This document shows positions 1 through 8,976 of a DNA stretch of 39,255 nucleotides, piece by piece (the first letter of the stretch is position 1; each line of letters opens with the position of its first letter). A program made the translations under genes and the position numbers. A model generated the notes under the pieces. The model had not been told where the DNA came from. It searched no databases and saw nothing but the letters and a program-made list of their open reading frames with translations. The DNA is from Mucilaginibacter sp. (lineage in GTDB: Bacteria; Bacteroidota; Bacteroidia; Sphingobacteriales; Sphingobacteriaceae). Location of the stretch: contig JBDSIC010000049.1 of NCBI GenBank assembly GCA_039918195.1, positions 1 through 39,255 of the forward strand. Direction: 5' to 3'.

Positions 1-25
1 TGCCACGCTTCGCTCGCAATGACGG
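1..25. repeat. Partial right arm of a CGTC/GTCATTGCGAG-type palindromic repeat, cut by the window edge
   Basis: ...GCTCGCAATGACG matches the end of the right arm at 26426-26455 (CCTCGCAATGACG). Confidence 0.6.
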
Positions 26-42
26 CGTAGAGAAAAGTAAAT

Positions 43-1563
43 ATGCCCCACTCCCGCTATACCAACCACCTTGACACTCTCATCGCAGCCATAGCGGGCC
101 ATTTTGCTGTTTACCTGTTTACCAAATACAGCGGCATCGGTATATCACCCGATTCCATTATGTACGTTAGTACGGCCGAAAGCATTTTTAAGCACGGCAA
201 CCTCATCACCTTTAACGGCACGCCAATGGTGTTTTTCCCGGTGTTCTACCCCGCCTTTTTAAGCACTGTTTTTATTTTTTGCAGCAATGTGGTGGCTGCG
301 GGGCCTGTAATTAATGGGCTGCTTTTCGCGGCAGTAATATTTTTAAGCGGCTGGATGGTTAGTAAATTTCAATCGCCGTCCCGCGTGTATAAATTGCTGA
401 TGCTGGCGGCCATTGTGCTAAGCCCTGCTCTTTTAGAAATATATACTTACCTATGGTCCGAAACTTTATTTGTGCTGACTACACTGATTTTTATTTGGGC
501 TTTCAGGCAATACCTGTTAAAGCACAATATAAAAACCCTCCTTATAGCCGCACTGGCGGCGGCTATTTGCTGCCTCACCCGCTATGCCGGTGTAACGGTC
601 ATCGTTACCGGTGGCCTGCTCATATTATTAGATAACCGCCTCATTATTCGTAAAAAAATAACGCATATACTTTTATTTGGCGTTGCAGGCATATCGCTGC
701 TGGTTATAAACCTCATTGTTAATGCGGCTTCAACGGGATATGCTACAGGCACCCGCAAACCGTCGGTAACGCCCTTTAGCGAGAACCTGTATTACTTTGC
801 AACCGTGTTATGCAACTGGCTGGGCTTAACCGAACAGGCCTACCCTTACGGCAAAGCACTGGCGGTAGTTATACTTCTGACTATAATCATATGGCTGATT
901 TGGCATACTCTTAAAAGCAAACTGAACAGCTACGAAACTGTTTTTACCGCCTTTGCCATTGTTTATAGCTTGTTTATACTCATCATCGCCACCGTTTCGC
1001 GCTTCGAGCAGATCAGCAGCAGGCTGCTTTCGCCCCTGTTTATCCCTTTGCTTATTGCCTGCACCTGCTGGGTGCCCGGTGTACTGAAAAGGATCAACAT
1101 AAAAAACAGGATATGGATGGCCGTACCAGCTGTGGTTTTAATGCTTGGCTTTTTATATAACATTTTGCTGATAGACCTAAAGCGCTACGATGATGAGTTT
1201 GACTATGGCGTGCCGGGTTATACCGACGATGACTGGAATAAGTCGGACTTTGTGGTGTTCCTGCAAATACATAAGGATATTTACAAGCCCGGGGTGCCTA
1301 TCTATTCGGATGCCGACGAAGCGGTTTATTTTTTCAGTGGGATGAAGGCCAAACTGCTGCCGCAACGCTATTTTAAAAGCGATGTAGCCAAATTTTACAG
1401 CGAAAAGCACTTTTATATCGTTTGGTTTAAGGCCCTCGCACACCCGGAACTTATTGGGCTGGATGATATTGAAAAGGTAAGGAAGCTGAAGAAATTGTAT
1501 GAGTTGGAGGATGGGGCAGTGTATGAGGCCTCACCCCGGCCCTCTCCAAAGGAGAGGGAGTAA
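43..1563 (+). CDS. Polytopic membrane protein, probable GT-C (ArnT/PMT-like) glycosyltransferase
   Basis: 506 aa with many TM segments, an early SPDS..Y acidic motif and SE and TRY motifs; the last ~10 residues are encoded by a repeat. Confidence 0.65.
   Translation: MPHSRYTNHLDTLIAAIAGHFAVYLFTKYSGIGISPDSIMYVSTAESIFKHGNLITFNGTPMVFFPVFYPAFLSTVFIFCSNVVAAGPVINGLLFAAVIFLSGWMVSKFQSPSRVYKLLMLAAIVLSPALLEIYTYLWSETLFVLTTLIFIWAFRQYLLKHNIKTLLIAALAAAICCLTRYAGVTVIVTGGLLILLDNRLIIRKKITHILLFGVAGISLLVINLIVNAASTGYATGTRKPSVTPFSENLYYFATVLCNWLGLTEQAYPYGKALAVVILLTIIIWLIWHTLKSKLNSYETVFTAFAIVYSLFILIIATVSRFEQISSRLLSPLFIPLLIACTCWVPGVLKRINIKNRIWMAVPAVVLMLGFLYNILLIDLKRYDDEFDYGVPGYTDDDWNKSDFVVFLQIHKDIYKPGVPIYSDADEAVYFFSGMKAKLLPQRYFKSDVAKFYSEKHFYIVWFKALAHPELIGLDDIEKVRKLKKLYELEDGAVYEASPRPSPKERE
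1528..1561. repeat. GC-rich REP-like unit GCCTCACCCCGGCCCTCTCCAAAGGAGAGGGAGT
   Basis: Internal hairpin CCCTCTCC-AAA-GGAGAGGG; exact 34-bp reverse complement at 2867-2900. Confidence 0.9.
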
Positions 1564-1573
1564 GACCCTTTTA

Positions 1574-1670
1574 TCCTCGCTGTTCGAAGTCTCCGGCTTC
1601 GAACCTGTATGTCTGTAGTCTGAGACTACATGCATATTCATCCGAAGTCAGAGACTTCGGATAGCGGGGA
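1574..1670. repeat. Three-hairpin REP/REPIN-like element with AGTC-NNN-GACT cores
   Basis: Hairpins at 1582-1604, 1614-1630 and 1640-1662, closed by outer stem TCCTCGCT/AGCGGGGA. Confidence 0.75.
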
Positions 1671-1777
1671 GCATACTTGTGATAATTACAGTTGAGGCAC
1701 AAGTCAGCCATTCGCTCCCCTCGCACAAGACTTACGCCAAAAAGTTGTTAGTTCTACAGGGTAAATTCACATATAGT

Positions 1778-1807
1778 TTTGATTTTATAAACATCTGCCT
1801 ATATTTG
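1778..1807 (+). promoter_or_regulatory. Bacteroidota sigma-70 promoter of the his operon
   Basis: -33 TTTG (1778-1781) and -7 TATATTTG (1800-1807), 18-nt spacer. Confidence 0.7.
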
Positions 1808-1842
1808 CAGCACCTCATAAGTCTATAGGTTATTATAAAAAA

Positions 1843-1905
1843 ATGAACGGTTATAAAAAACATCAACTTCATCTGCACCATCGCCACCAAGGCGATAATA
1901 GATAA
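1843..1905 (+). CDS. hisL: his operon leader peptide MNGYKKHQLHLHHRHQGDNR
   Basis: 20-codon ORF with 5 His codons in a 9-codon stretch, lying between the promoter and hisG. Confidence 0.8.
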   Translation: MNGYKKHQLHLHHRHQGDNR

Positions 1906-1962
1906 GTATGTTTCTACGTGAAATAACACCCCGGTTCATTTATTTACCATTAATACAATTTT

Positions 1963-2814
1963 GTGAAAACACTTAAAATAGCGATCCAAAAATCGGGTCG
2001 GCTCAACGAGAAATCTGTTGAACTGCTAAAAAACTGCGGATTAAACTTCGAAAATTATAAAAGCTCACTGATATCACCGGTATCAAACTTCCCTTTAGAA
2101 ATACTTTTTTTGCGTGATGATGATATCCCCGAATATGTACAGGACGGCATTGCGCACCTGGGTATAGTTGGCGAAAACGTGATACAGGAAACCGAAGTAG
2201 AGGTTGCCTACCTGCAAAAACTGGGCTTCGGCAAATGCTCATTAAAACTGGCTATACCAAACAACAGCGATATCACCACGCTTGAAGGACTTAATGGTAA
2301 AGCCATTGCAACTACCTATCCTGTTATTTTAAGTAAATACCTGCAACAGCAAGGCATACAGTCGGATATACGCACCATATCAGGCTCAGTAGAGATATCG
2401 CCGGGGCTTGGTTTAAGTGATGCTATTTGTGACCTGGTATCAACCGGCGGCACGTTAAAAAGCAACGGACTGGTAGCATTTGCCGATGTAATGAGCAGCG
2501 AGGCGATATTGATAGGCCGCAAAGGAGAAGAAGACACCGACCTGATACAGGAACTGATACAGCGTATACAATCGGTACTGAGGGCAAAAGAAACCAAATA
2601 CGTGGTACTTAATGCACCAAAGGCTAATTTAGAGGCCATAACCGCTTTATTACCCGGTGTTAAAAGCCCGACCATTGTACCTTTAGCCGAAGAAGGCTGG
2701 GTGGCCATACATACAGTTATACCCGAACGCGATTTTTGGGACAGGATAAGCCAGCTGAAACAGCACGGCGCGCAAGGCATAGTGGTAATGCCGATAGAGA
2801 AGATAATATTGTAG
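1963..2814 (+). CDS. hisG: ATP phosphoribosyltransferase (long form)
   Basis: LKIAIQKSGRL, RDDDIP, DAICDLVSTGGTL and C-terminal regulatory domain; GTG start. Confidence 0.97.
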   Translation: MKTLKIAIQKSGRLNEKSVELLKNCGLNFENYKSSLISPVSNFPLEILFLRDDDIPEYVQDGIAHLGIVGENVIQETEVEVAYLQKLGFGKCSLKLAIPNNSDITTLEGLNGKAIATTYPVILSKYLQQQGIQSDIRTISGSVEISPGLGLSDAICDLVSTGGTLKSNGLVAFADVMSSEAILIGRKGEEDTDLIQELIQRIQSVLRAKETKYVVLNAPKANLEAITALLPGVKSPTIVPLAEEGWVAIHTVIPERDFWDRISQLKQHGAQGIVVMPIEKIIL

Positions 2815-2815
2815 G

Positions 2816-2900
2816 CCCAACCCTCCCCAAACGAGAGGGCTAATTGAGGGTCGCCATTACATAAAAACTCCCTCTCCTTTGGAGAGGGCCGGGGTGAGGC
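2816..2900. repeat. Inverted REP doublet filling the hisG-hisD gap
   Basis: Degenerate unit 2816-2840 (CCCAACCCTCCCCAAACGAGAGGGC) facing a perfect inverted unit at 2867-2900. Confidence 0.85.
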
Positions 2901-2902
2901 TA

Positions 2903-4192
2903 ATGAAAACGTACAACTATTCAGACTTAAGCAAAGCGGATATCGCCAAACTGGTACAGCGCAACGTTGACCCGGCTAACGAGATACGCGCCATTGTGGA
3001 GGAAGTTATTGCCGGTGTACAGCAAAACGGCGATGCTGCCCTATTTGATTATGCCGCAAAGTTTGACCAAGTATTACTGGATAAGCTTTACTTGGATAAA
3101 GCTGAGTTAGAAATTTTAGCTTCAACCGTATCAGCCACGCAAAAAGCGGCATTAGATACCGCTTATCAAAACATTTACAAATTTCACGAGGCACAGCTTA
3201 AAAGCGAGGACAAAATTGAGACCATGCCTGGCGTAACCTGCTGGCGCGAATTAAGGCCTATTGAAAAAGTCGGCTTGTATATTCCCGGCGGCACGGCCGT
3301 ATTACCAAGCACGTTTTTAATGCTTGGTATACCCGCAAAAATTGCAGGCTGCCACGAGATCATCGTTTGCTCTCCGCCGCAAAAGAATGGAGGGGTAAAT
3401 GCCTTTATTGCTTATGTAGCTTTAATGCTTGGGATTGATAAGATCTTCCTCGCAGGTGGGTCGCAAGCCATAGCGGCGATGGCTTACGGAACCGAAAGTA
3501 TTACTAAAGTTGATAAGATATTTGGCCCTGGAAACCAATTTGTTACAAAGGCTAAAACCATCGTACAATCAACTACTACAACGGCTATTGATATGCCGGC
3601 CGGCCCTTCGGAAGTATTGGTAATTGCTGACGAATCGGCAACGCCTAAATATATAGCCGCCGACTTGCTGGCACAAGCTGAACATGGTATTGACAGCCAG
3701 TCGGTGTTGGTTTGCACCTCGAACGACATTGCGGCTGAAACCATAACCGAAGTAAACAGGCAGGTAGCAACATTACCCCGCGCCGAGATAGCACAGCAGG
3801 CTATTGACAACTCCTATATCGTAGTAGTTGACAACCTTTACGAAGCTATTACTTTCAGCAACCAATACGCACCTGAGCACCTGATACTGGCAACGGATAA
3901 ATGGGAAACCATCACCGGTAGCATCAGTAATGCAGGCTCGGTATTTCTGGGGAATTTAACACCGGAGAGCGCAGGGGATTACGCATCAGGCACCAATCAT
4001 ACGCTACCCACAAGTAGCTATGCTAAAGCATATTCAGGTGTTTCAGTTGATTCTTTTGTTAAGAAGATAACATTCCAGTTTATTACAGCCGAAGGGTTGA
4101 AAAATATAGGCCCGGCGGTACAAACGCTGGCCGAGTTAGAGGGATTGCACGCGCATGCGAATGCGGTGGCTGTACGTAACGATAATTTATAA
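2903..4192 (+). CDS. hisD: Histidinol dehydrogenase
   Basis: GLYIPGG, GPGNQFV, DMPAGPSE, QAEHG, APEHL, GDYASGTNHTLPT; start moved to ATG 2903 because the 2879 TTG lies inside the repeat. Confidence 0.97.
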   Translation: MKTYNYSDLSKADIAKLVQRNVDPANEIRAIVEEVIAGVQQNGDAALFDYAAKFDQVLLDKLYLDKAELEILASTVSATQKAALDTAYQNIYKFHEAQLKSEDKIETMPGVTCWRELRPIEKVGLYIPGGTAVLPSTFLMLGIPAKIAGCHEIIVCSPPQKNGGVNAFIAYVALMLGIDKIFLAGGSQAIAAMAYGTESITKVDKIFGPGNQFVTKAKTIVQSTTTTAIDMPAGPSEVLVIADESATPKYIAADLLAQAEHGIDSQSVLVCTSNDIAAETITEVNRQVATLPRAEIAQQAIDNSYIVVVDNLYEAITFSNQYAPEHLILATDKWETITGSISNAGSVFLGNLTPESAGDYASGTNHTLPTSSYAKAYSGVSVDSFVKKITFQFITAEGLKNIGPAVQTLAELEGLHAHANAVAVRNDNL

Positions 4193-4194
4193 AA

Positions 4195-4923
4195 ATGAAA
4201 GCGCTGATCTATCTTATTTGCCTGATGATGTTTGCAGCCTGTACAGGTAATCAGAACCGCAGTATCGCAGATGATGATAACGTAGCTGATAGCCTTGCGA
4301 CAGTTAAAATGGTAGATTCAATGACTGTAGCTGATTCATTGGAAGTAGTAGCCGCTAAAAAAGCGTTCAAGCCATACAAGCTAATTAATGGGTTTACAGT
4401 AATTGATACCGGTTATTATGGCTCAGGAACTTTGGATGGATATTACGCTATTGTTGAAAAAGGAGATAAACAGGCAGATACTATCCACCTGAGCATCGGA
4501 CTACAACATATAAACAAAGAGAATTACTTATTTCTCAGATTATGCCGGCCTCATTACCAGGAGGAAATGTCTTTTGGCACTTTAAACCTGCATCCTGACC
4601 AATATATTGTTGCATTAAATGGCCGGGAAGTTCCGCTTACGAGATTAGTTAAACACTTTGATTTATATAAGTCGGCACCACATGTGATCAACAATAAGAT
4701 ATATTTTTCGCAATATAAGTCAAATAGATCCGGCAATTTTGATGTAAGTGCCGCCGAGTACAGCCCTGAAACAGGGATAGTAAGAAGCCAATTTTTAATT
4801 ACCGATAATTTAGACGAGGAACACGCCTCTTTTTGGCCGCATGGTGAAAATGGCAGGATTATATTCTATGGATACAATCATGTAAAATGGACCTTTTCAC
4901 ATGATTTTAAATTATTGAAATAA
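4195..4923 (+). CDS. Hypothetical lipoprotein inserted in the his operon
   Basis: 242 aa; signal peptide II with lipobox FAAC; TAATG stop/start overlap with hisC. Confidence 0.75.
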   Translation: MKALIYLICLMMFAACTGNQNRSIADDDNVADSLATVKMVDSMTVADSLEVVAAKKAFKPYKLINGFTVIDTGYYGSGTLDGYYAIVEKGDKQADTIHLSIGLQHINKENYLFLRLCRPHYQEEMSFGTLNLHPDQYIVALNGREVPLTRLVKHFDLYKSAPHVINNKIYFSQYKSNRSGNFDVSAAEYSPETGIVRSQFLITDNLDEEHASFWPHGENGRIIFYGYNHVKWTFSHDFKLLK

Positions 4924-5969
4924 TGTTCGACTTAAATAATATACTTAGAAACAACATCAAAAACTTGGTACCCTACTCCTCCGCACGGGATGAGTTCAAG
5001 GGTGAGGCCAGCGTGTTTTTAGATGCCAACGAGAACAGTTTCGGCTCGCCACTGGATACTGCCTACAACCGTTACCCCGATCCGTTGCAGTACAAAGTTA
5101 AAAAGCGCTTGAGCGAGATAAAGGGCGTACCGCCCCGCAACATATTTTTAGGCAATGGCAGCGATGAAGCCATCGATATCCTGTTTCGCAGCTTTTGCAA
5201 TCCGGGTGTTGACAATGTGATACTTGTGCCGCCCACCTATGGCATGTACGAAGTATCAGCCAACATCAACGACATTGAAACCCGTAAAATATTGCTTACG
5301 GAAGATTACCAGCTGGACTTAGAAGGCATTGCGGCAGCTATAGACTAGCATACTAAACTTATCTTCATCTGCTCGCCCAATAATCCTACCGGGAACTCCA
5401 TGAACCGCGGGGATGTAGAAACCCTGCTGGCCAACTTTAGCGGGTTAGTGATCGTTGATGAGGCTTATATCAACTACAGCCGGCAGAAAACCTTTATACA
5501 GGAACTGACCGAATATGCTAACCTCGTGGTATTGCAAACGTTGTCGAAAGCCTGGGGGCTTGCTGCTTTGCGCGTGGGCATGGCCTTTGCCAGCGAAGAG
5601 ATCATTGAGGTTATGAATAAAGTAAAACCGCCGTATAACATTAATGAGGCATCGCAACAACTGGCGTTACAGGCTTTGAATAATATAGACACCATAAATA
5701 ACTGGATAAGAGAAACTTTAAACCAGCGCGATAAATTAGTACTTGAATTAAAAAAGTTTGATTTTGTGTTGGATATCTATCCATCCGACGCTAACTTTAT
5801 CCTGGTTAAAACAACGGCGGGTAAGGATATTTATAACTTCCTGGTAGAAAAAGGCATCATTGTGCGCGACCGATCGAAGGTAGAATTATGCGAAGGCTGC
5901 CTGCGGATAACTGTTGGCACACCCGCTGAAAACGAACAATTAATCAATCATTTACAAGATTACAAATGA
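4923..5969 (+). pseudogene. hisC: Histidinol-phosphate aminotransferase interrupted by one in-frame TAG (5346-5348); may be a sequencing error
   Basis: LDANEN, NRYPD, GNGSDE before the stop; same frame continues HTKLIFICSPNNPTGN...DEAY...TLSKAWGLAALRVG to 5969. Confidence 0.9.
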
Positions 5970-7114
5970 GCAACCTGCGAAAGATACTTTTTATTGACCG
6001 CGATGGCACCATGCTGAAAGAGCCGGCAGATGAGCAGGTGGACTCATTCGACAAGTTGGAGTTTTACCCCGGCGCGCTGCAATACCTGCCCAAAATAGCC
6101 GAACTGGATTTTGAACTGGTGATGGTGACCAACCAGGATGGATTAGGCACGCCTGTTCACCCTAACGAGAAATTTTTCCCGGTACATAATTTTATCCTCA
6201 AAACGTTCGAGAACGAAGGGGTGAAATTTGATGCCGTGTATATAGACCGCACCTTCCCGGCTGACAATGCCCCTACGCGCAAGCCCGGCACGGCCATGCT
6301 TACTCAATATTTTGACGAAAGTAAATACGACCTTAAAAACTCGTTTGTAATAGGTGACCGGAAGAATGATGTACTGCTGGCTAAAAACCTCGGTGCAAAA
6401 GCTTTATGGTTAAACAACCAATCGAATTTGGGCGGCAAGGAATTTAATACAGATGCCTGGCAGGAAGAAGTAAAAGAAACCATCGCTGTTGAAACAACCG
6501 ACTGGAAAGACATTTACGAATACCTGAAGTTGGGCCAGCGCATTGTTGAACACCGCCGCACCACTAAAGAAACCGACATCTATATCAAGTTAAACCTTGA
6601 CGGAAAAGGCGATGCTAAAGTAGAAACCGGCCTGCATTTTTTCGACCATATGCTTGACCAGATAGCACGTCACGGAAGTTTAGGTTTGGAAGTTATTGCT
6701 AAAGGCGACCTCCATATTGACGAACACCACACCATTGAGGACACTGGCATAGCTTTAGGCGAGGTTTTTGCGGAAGCTTTAGGGAACAAAAAAGGCATTG
6801 AGCGCTACGGTTTTTGCCTGCCGATGGATGATTGCCTGGCACAGGTAGCCATTGATTTTGGCGGGCGCAACTGGATAGTTTGGGATGCCGAATTTAAACG
6901 CGAAAAGGTGGGTGATGTACCAACAGAAATGTTTTACCATTTCTTCAAATCATTCAGCGATGCCGCAAAATGCAACCTGAATATAAAAGCCGAAGGTGAT
7001 AACGAACATCATAAAATAGAAGCTATATTTAAAGCCTTTGCCAAAGCCATAAAAATGGCCGTAAAAAGAGACGTAAATAACATGGTTTTACCGAGTACAA
7101 AGGGTGTTTTATAG
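5966..7114 (+). CDS. hisB: Bifunctional histidinol-phosphatase / imidazoleglycerol-phosphate dehydratase
   Basis: HAD motif FIDRDGT, RKP and GD motifs; IGPD motifs DEHHTIED and NEHHKIEA. Confidence 0.97.
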   Translation: MSNLRKILFIDRDGTMLKEPADEQVDSFDKLEFYPGALQYLPKIAELDFELVMVTNQDGLGTPVHPNEKFFPVHNFILKTFENEGVKFDAVYIDRTFPADNAPTRKPGTAMLTQYFDESKYDLKNSFVIGDRKNDVLLAKNLGAKALWLNNQSNLGGKEFNTDAWQEEVKETIAVETTDWKDIYEYLKLGQRIVEHRRTTKETDIYIKLNLDGKGDAKVETGLHFFDHMLDQIARHGSLGLEVIAKGDLHIDEHHTIEDTGIALGEVFAEALGNKKGIERYGFCLPMDDCLAQVAIDFGGRNWIVWDAEFKREKVGDVPTEMFYHFFKSFSDAAKCNLNIKAEGDNEHHKIEAIFKAFAKAIKMAVKRDVNNMVLPSTKGVL

Positions 7115-7118
7115 GCTC

Positions 7119-7195
7119 AGAATCAAGAGTTAAGATGCAAGAATCAAGAAGAAGGGAAAGAAATATCTTAACTCTTGATTCTTAATTCTTGAATC
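7119..7195. repeat. Inverted pair of heptamer tandem arrays (AATCAAG x4 / CTTGATT x4)
   Basis: Arms at 7119-7149 and 7166-7195 fill the hisB-hisH gap. Confidence 0.8.
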
Positions 7196-7206
7196 CAATT
7201 AAAAAA

Positions 7207-7797
7207 ATGGTAGGAATAATAAGATACGGCGCCGGCAACATATTCTCGCTTACAGCAACACTTGAACGGTTGGGTATTGCCTACGGAATGGTACATACTG
7301 AAGCTGATTTTGAACAGTTCGACCGTTATATCATTCCGGGGGTGGGCCATGCGGGCGCAGCTATGGATAAGTTGATCAATACCGGTTTAGTGCCTAAAAT
7401 AAAGTCGCTTAACAAGCCTGTATTGGGCATTTGTGTGGGCATGCAGTTGCTTACCTCCTATTCGGAAGAAGGCAATGCCGACCTGCTAAACATCGTCCCG
7501 GTAAAAACTTTGCGCTTTAAAGACAGTAACGAGTACAAGGTGCCTCATACAGGCTGGAACCGGGTTTATGCCGAAAAGGACAATAAACTTTTTGCAAATA
7601 TCCCTGCCGGTTCACACTTTTACTTTGTACATTCATACTTTATTGAATACAATACTGCATATACTTTGTCGTCAACAACTTACAATAACAAGTTTTCGGC
7701 ATCAATTTGGCTTGATAATTTCTACGGTGTGCAATTTCACCCGGAAAAATCGGGCACTTACGGTGAGACCCTATTAATTAATTTTTCACAAATATAA
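7207..7797 (+). CDS. hisH: Imidazole glycerol phosphate synthase, glutaminase subunit
   Basis: PGVG, LGICVGMQ, YFVHSY, QFHPEKS; ATG 7207 preferred over TTG 7189 inside the repeat. Confidence 0.96.
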   Translation: MVGIIRYGAGNIFSLTATLERLGIAYGMVHTEADFEQFDRYIIPGVGHAGAAMDKLINTGLVPKIKSLNKPVLGICVGMQLLTSYSEEGNADLLNIVPVKTLRFKDSNEYKVPHTGWNRVYAEKDNKLFANIPAGSHFYFVHSYFIEYNTAYTLSSTTYNNKFSASIWLDNFYGVQFHPEKSGTYGETLLINFSQI

Positions 7798-7803
7798 CAA
7801 GGC

Positions 7804-8553
7804 ATGTACATTATTCCCGCTATTGATATCCTGAACAAAAAAGTTGTCCGCCTGCGCGAAGGCGACTATGAGCAGGTTACCGAATACGATGTTTCACTGG
7901 AAGAAATGATTGAGAAGTATCAGTCGAACGGCACAAACTTCATCCACATTATTGATCTTAATGGTGCAAAAAATGACTTCTCCAACCAGCAATACCTGTT
8001 TGATGTGATACGCAAAACAGATATGCAGGTGCAGTATGGTGGCGGTATCCGCAGTATTGATAAAGTAAAAGAACTGATAGATGCAGGTGTTCACCGGGTT
8101 ATTGTGGGCACCCAGGCACTTACAAACCCTATGTTTTTGCCTGATCTGGCCAAAACCATTTGCGGCCGTGATAGATGTTCGGACCAGGTGGTTATAGCCA
8201 TTGACGTGCTGGACGAGGTGATAAAATATTCAGGCTGGATGGAAAGCTCCCCTATCAAACTGATGGATTATGTGGACAGGTGCCTGGCACTGGGTTTCTT
8301 CCGCTTTTTATGTACTGATATCAACAAAGACGGCAAATTGGGCGGGGCGGGTATTGAACTATACGAAAAGCTGCTTGACCATTCGCCATTCATAAAACTC
8401 ATCGCTTCTGGCGGTGTAAGCTCTATGGATGATATCGAAAAGCTAAGCCATTTAAAAGTGGAGTCGTGCGTAGTAGGCAAAGCCATCTACGAAGGGCACA
8501 TCTCTGTTGAAGATGTGAAAAACTGGAATTTGGAAGCCTTGATGTCGATATAA
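7804..8553 (+). CDS. hisA: ProFAR isomerase
   Basis: IIPAID, VVRL..G, HIIDLNGA, GGGIRS, TDINKDG, ASGG. Confidence 0.95.
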   Translation: MYIIPAIDILNKKVVRLREGDYEQVTEYDVSLEEMIEKYQSNGTNFIHIIDLNGAKNDFSNQQYLFDVIRKTDMQVQYGGGIRSIDKVKELIDAGVHRVIVGTQALTNPMFLPDLAKTICGRDRCSDQVVIAIDVLDEVIKYSGWMESSPIKLMDYVDRCLALGFFRFLCTDINKDGKLGGAGIELYEKLLDHSPFIKLIASGGVSSMDDIEKLSHLKVESCVVGKAIYEGHISVEDVKNWNLEALMSI

Positions 8554-8976
8554 CCCCCCAGCCCCCTGAAGGGGGAGCTTTTTAATACTGCTTTGAAAAA
8601 AAAACTGTTTTTGGGAGCTAATGTTGAAACGTTTATTAACGCTAAAGCTTTAAGATATAATTTAACTCCAACAGAACATCTTTTGCTGGGAGCATTAAAG
8701 TCAAATATTGACGCCAAATTTAGAAGTCAGCACCCTTTAGGCAATTACATTGCAGACTTTTATTGCCATCAACACAAACTCGTTATCGAAGTAGATGGCA
8801 GTATTCATTTGCTTCCTGAAATTTTAAAAAATGATATTGAGAAACAGGCTTATCTTGAAAGCGAAGGACTAAGGGTTTTAAGATTTAATAATAATGATGT
8901 ACTATACCATTTAGAAAAAGTATTGGAAACAATCAACAAGCATATTAGCTCCCCCTTCAGGGGGCGGGGGGGGTTA
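8551..8976 (+). mobile_element. Putative inverted-repeat-bounded DUF559 (Vsr-like endonuclease) cassette
   Basis: IRs TAACCCCCCAGCCCCCTGAAGGGGGAGCT (8551-8579) and AGCTCCCCCTTCAGGGGGCGGGGGGGGTTA (8947-8976) around an AT-rich ORF with [27 protein letters not shown]. Confidence 0.75.

Noticed and set aside
1574-1670. Cloverleaf as a tRNA
   Set aside because: Loops are 3 nt, with no D, T or anticodon loop geometry and no CCA end.
1732-1929. 65-aa minus-strand ORF over the his promoter/leader
   Set aside because: It is antisense to the promoter and His-rich leader and has no recognisable motif.
1528-2900. Composite transposon carrying hisG
   Set aside because: There is no transposase or target duplication, and hisG is in its normal operon position. 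Dispersed repeat copies explain the pattern better.
2879-2902. N-terminal extension MERAGVRL on HisD (similarly 7189 for hisH, 28980 for ccmC, 15931 for grpE)
   Set aside because: These TTG starts fall inside repeat, promoter or intergenic sequence, and downstream ATGs match the family N-termini.
8593-8973. DUF559 insert as an intein or group I/II intron
   Set aside because: There are no intein Cys/Ser start or His-Asn end motifs, it is N-terminal rather than internal, and there is no room for a ribozyme core.
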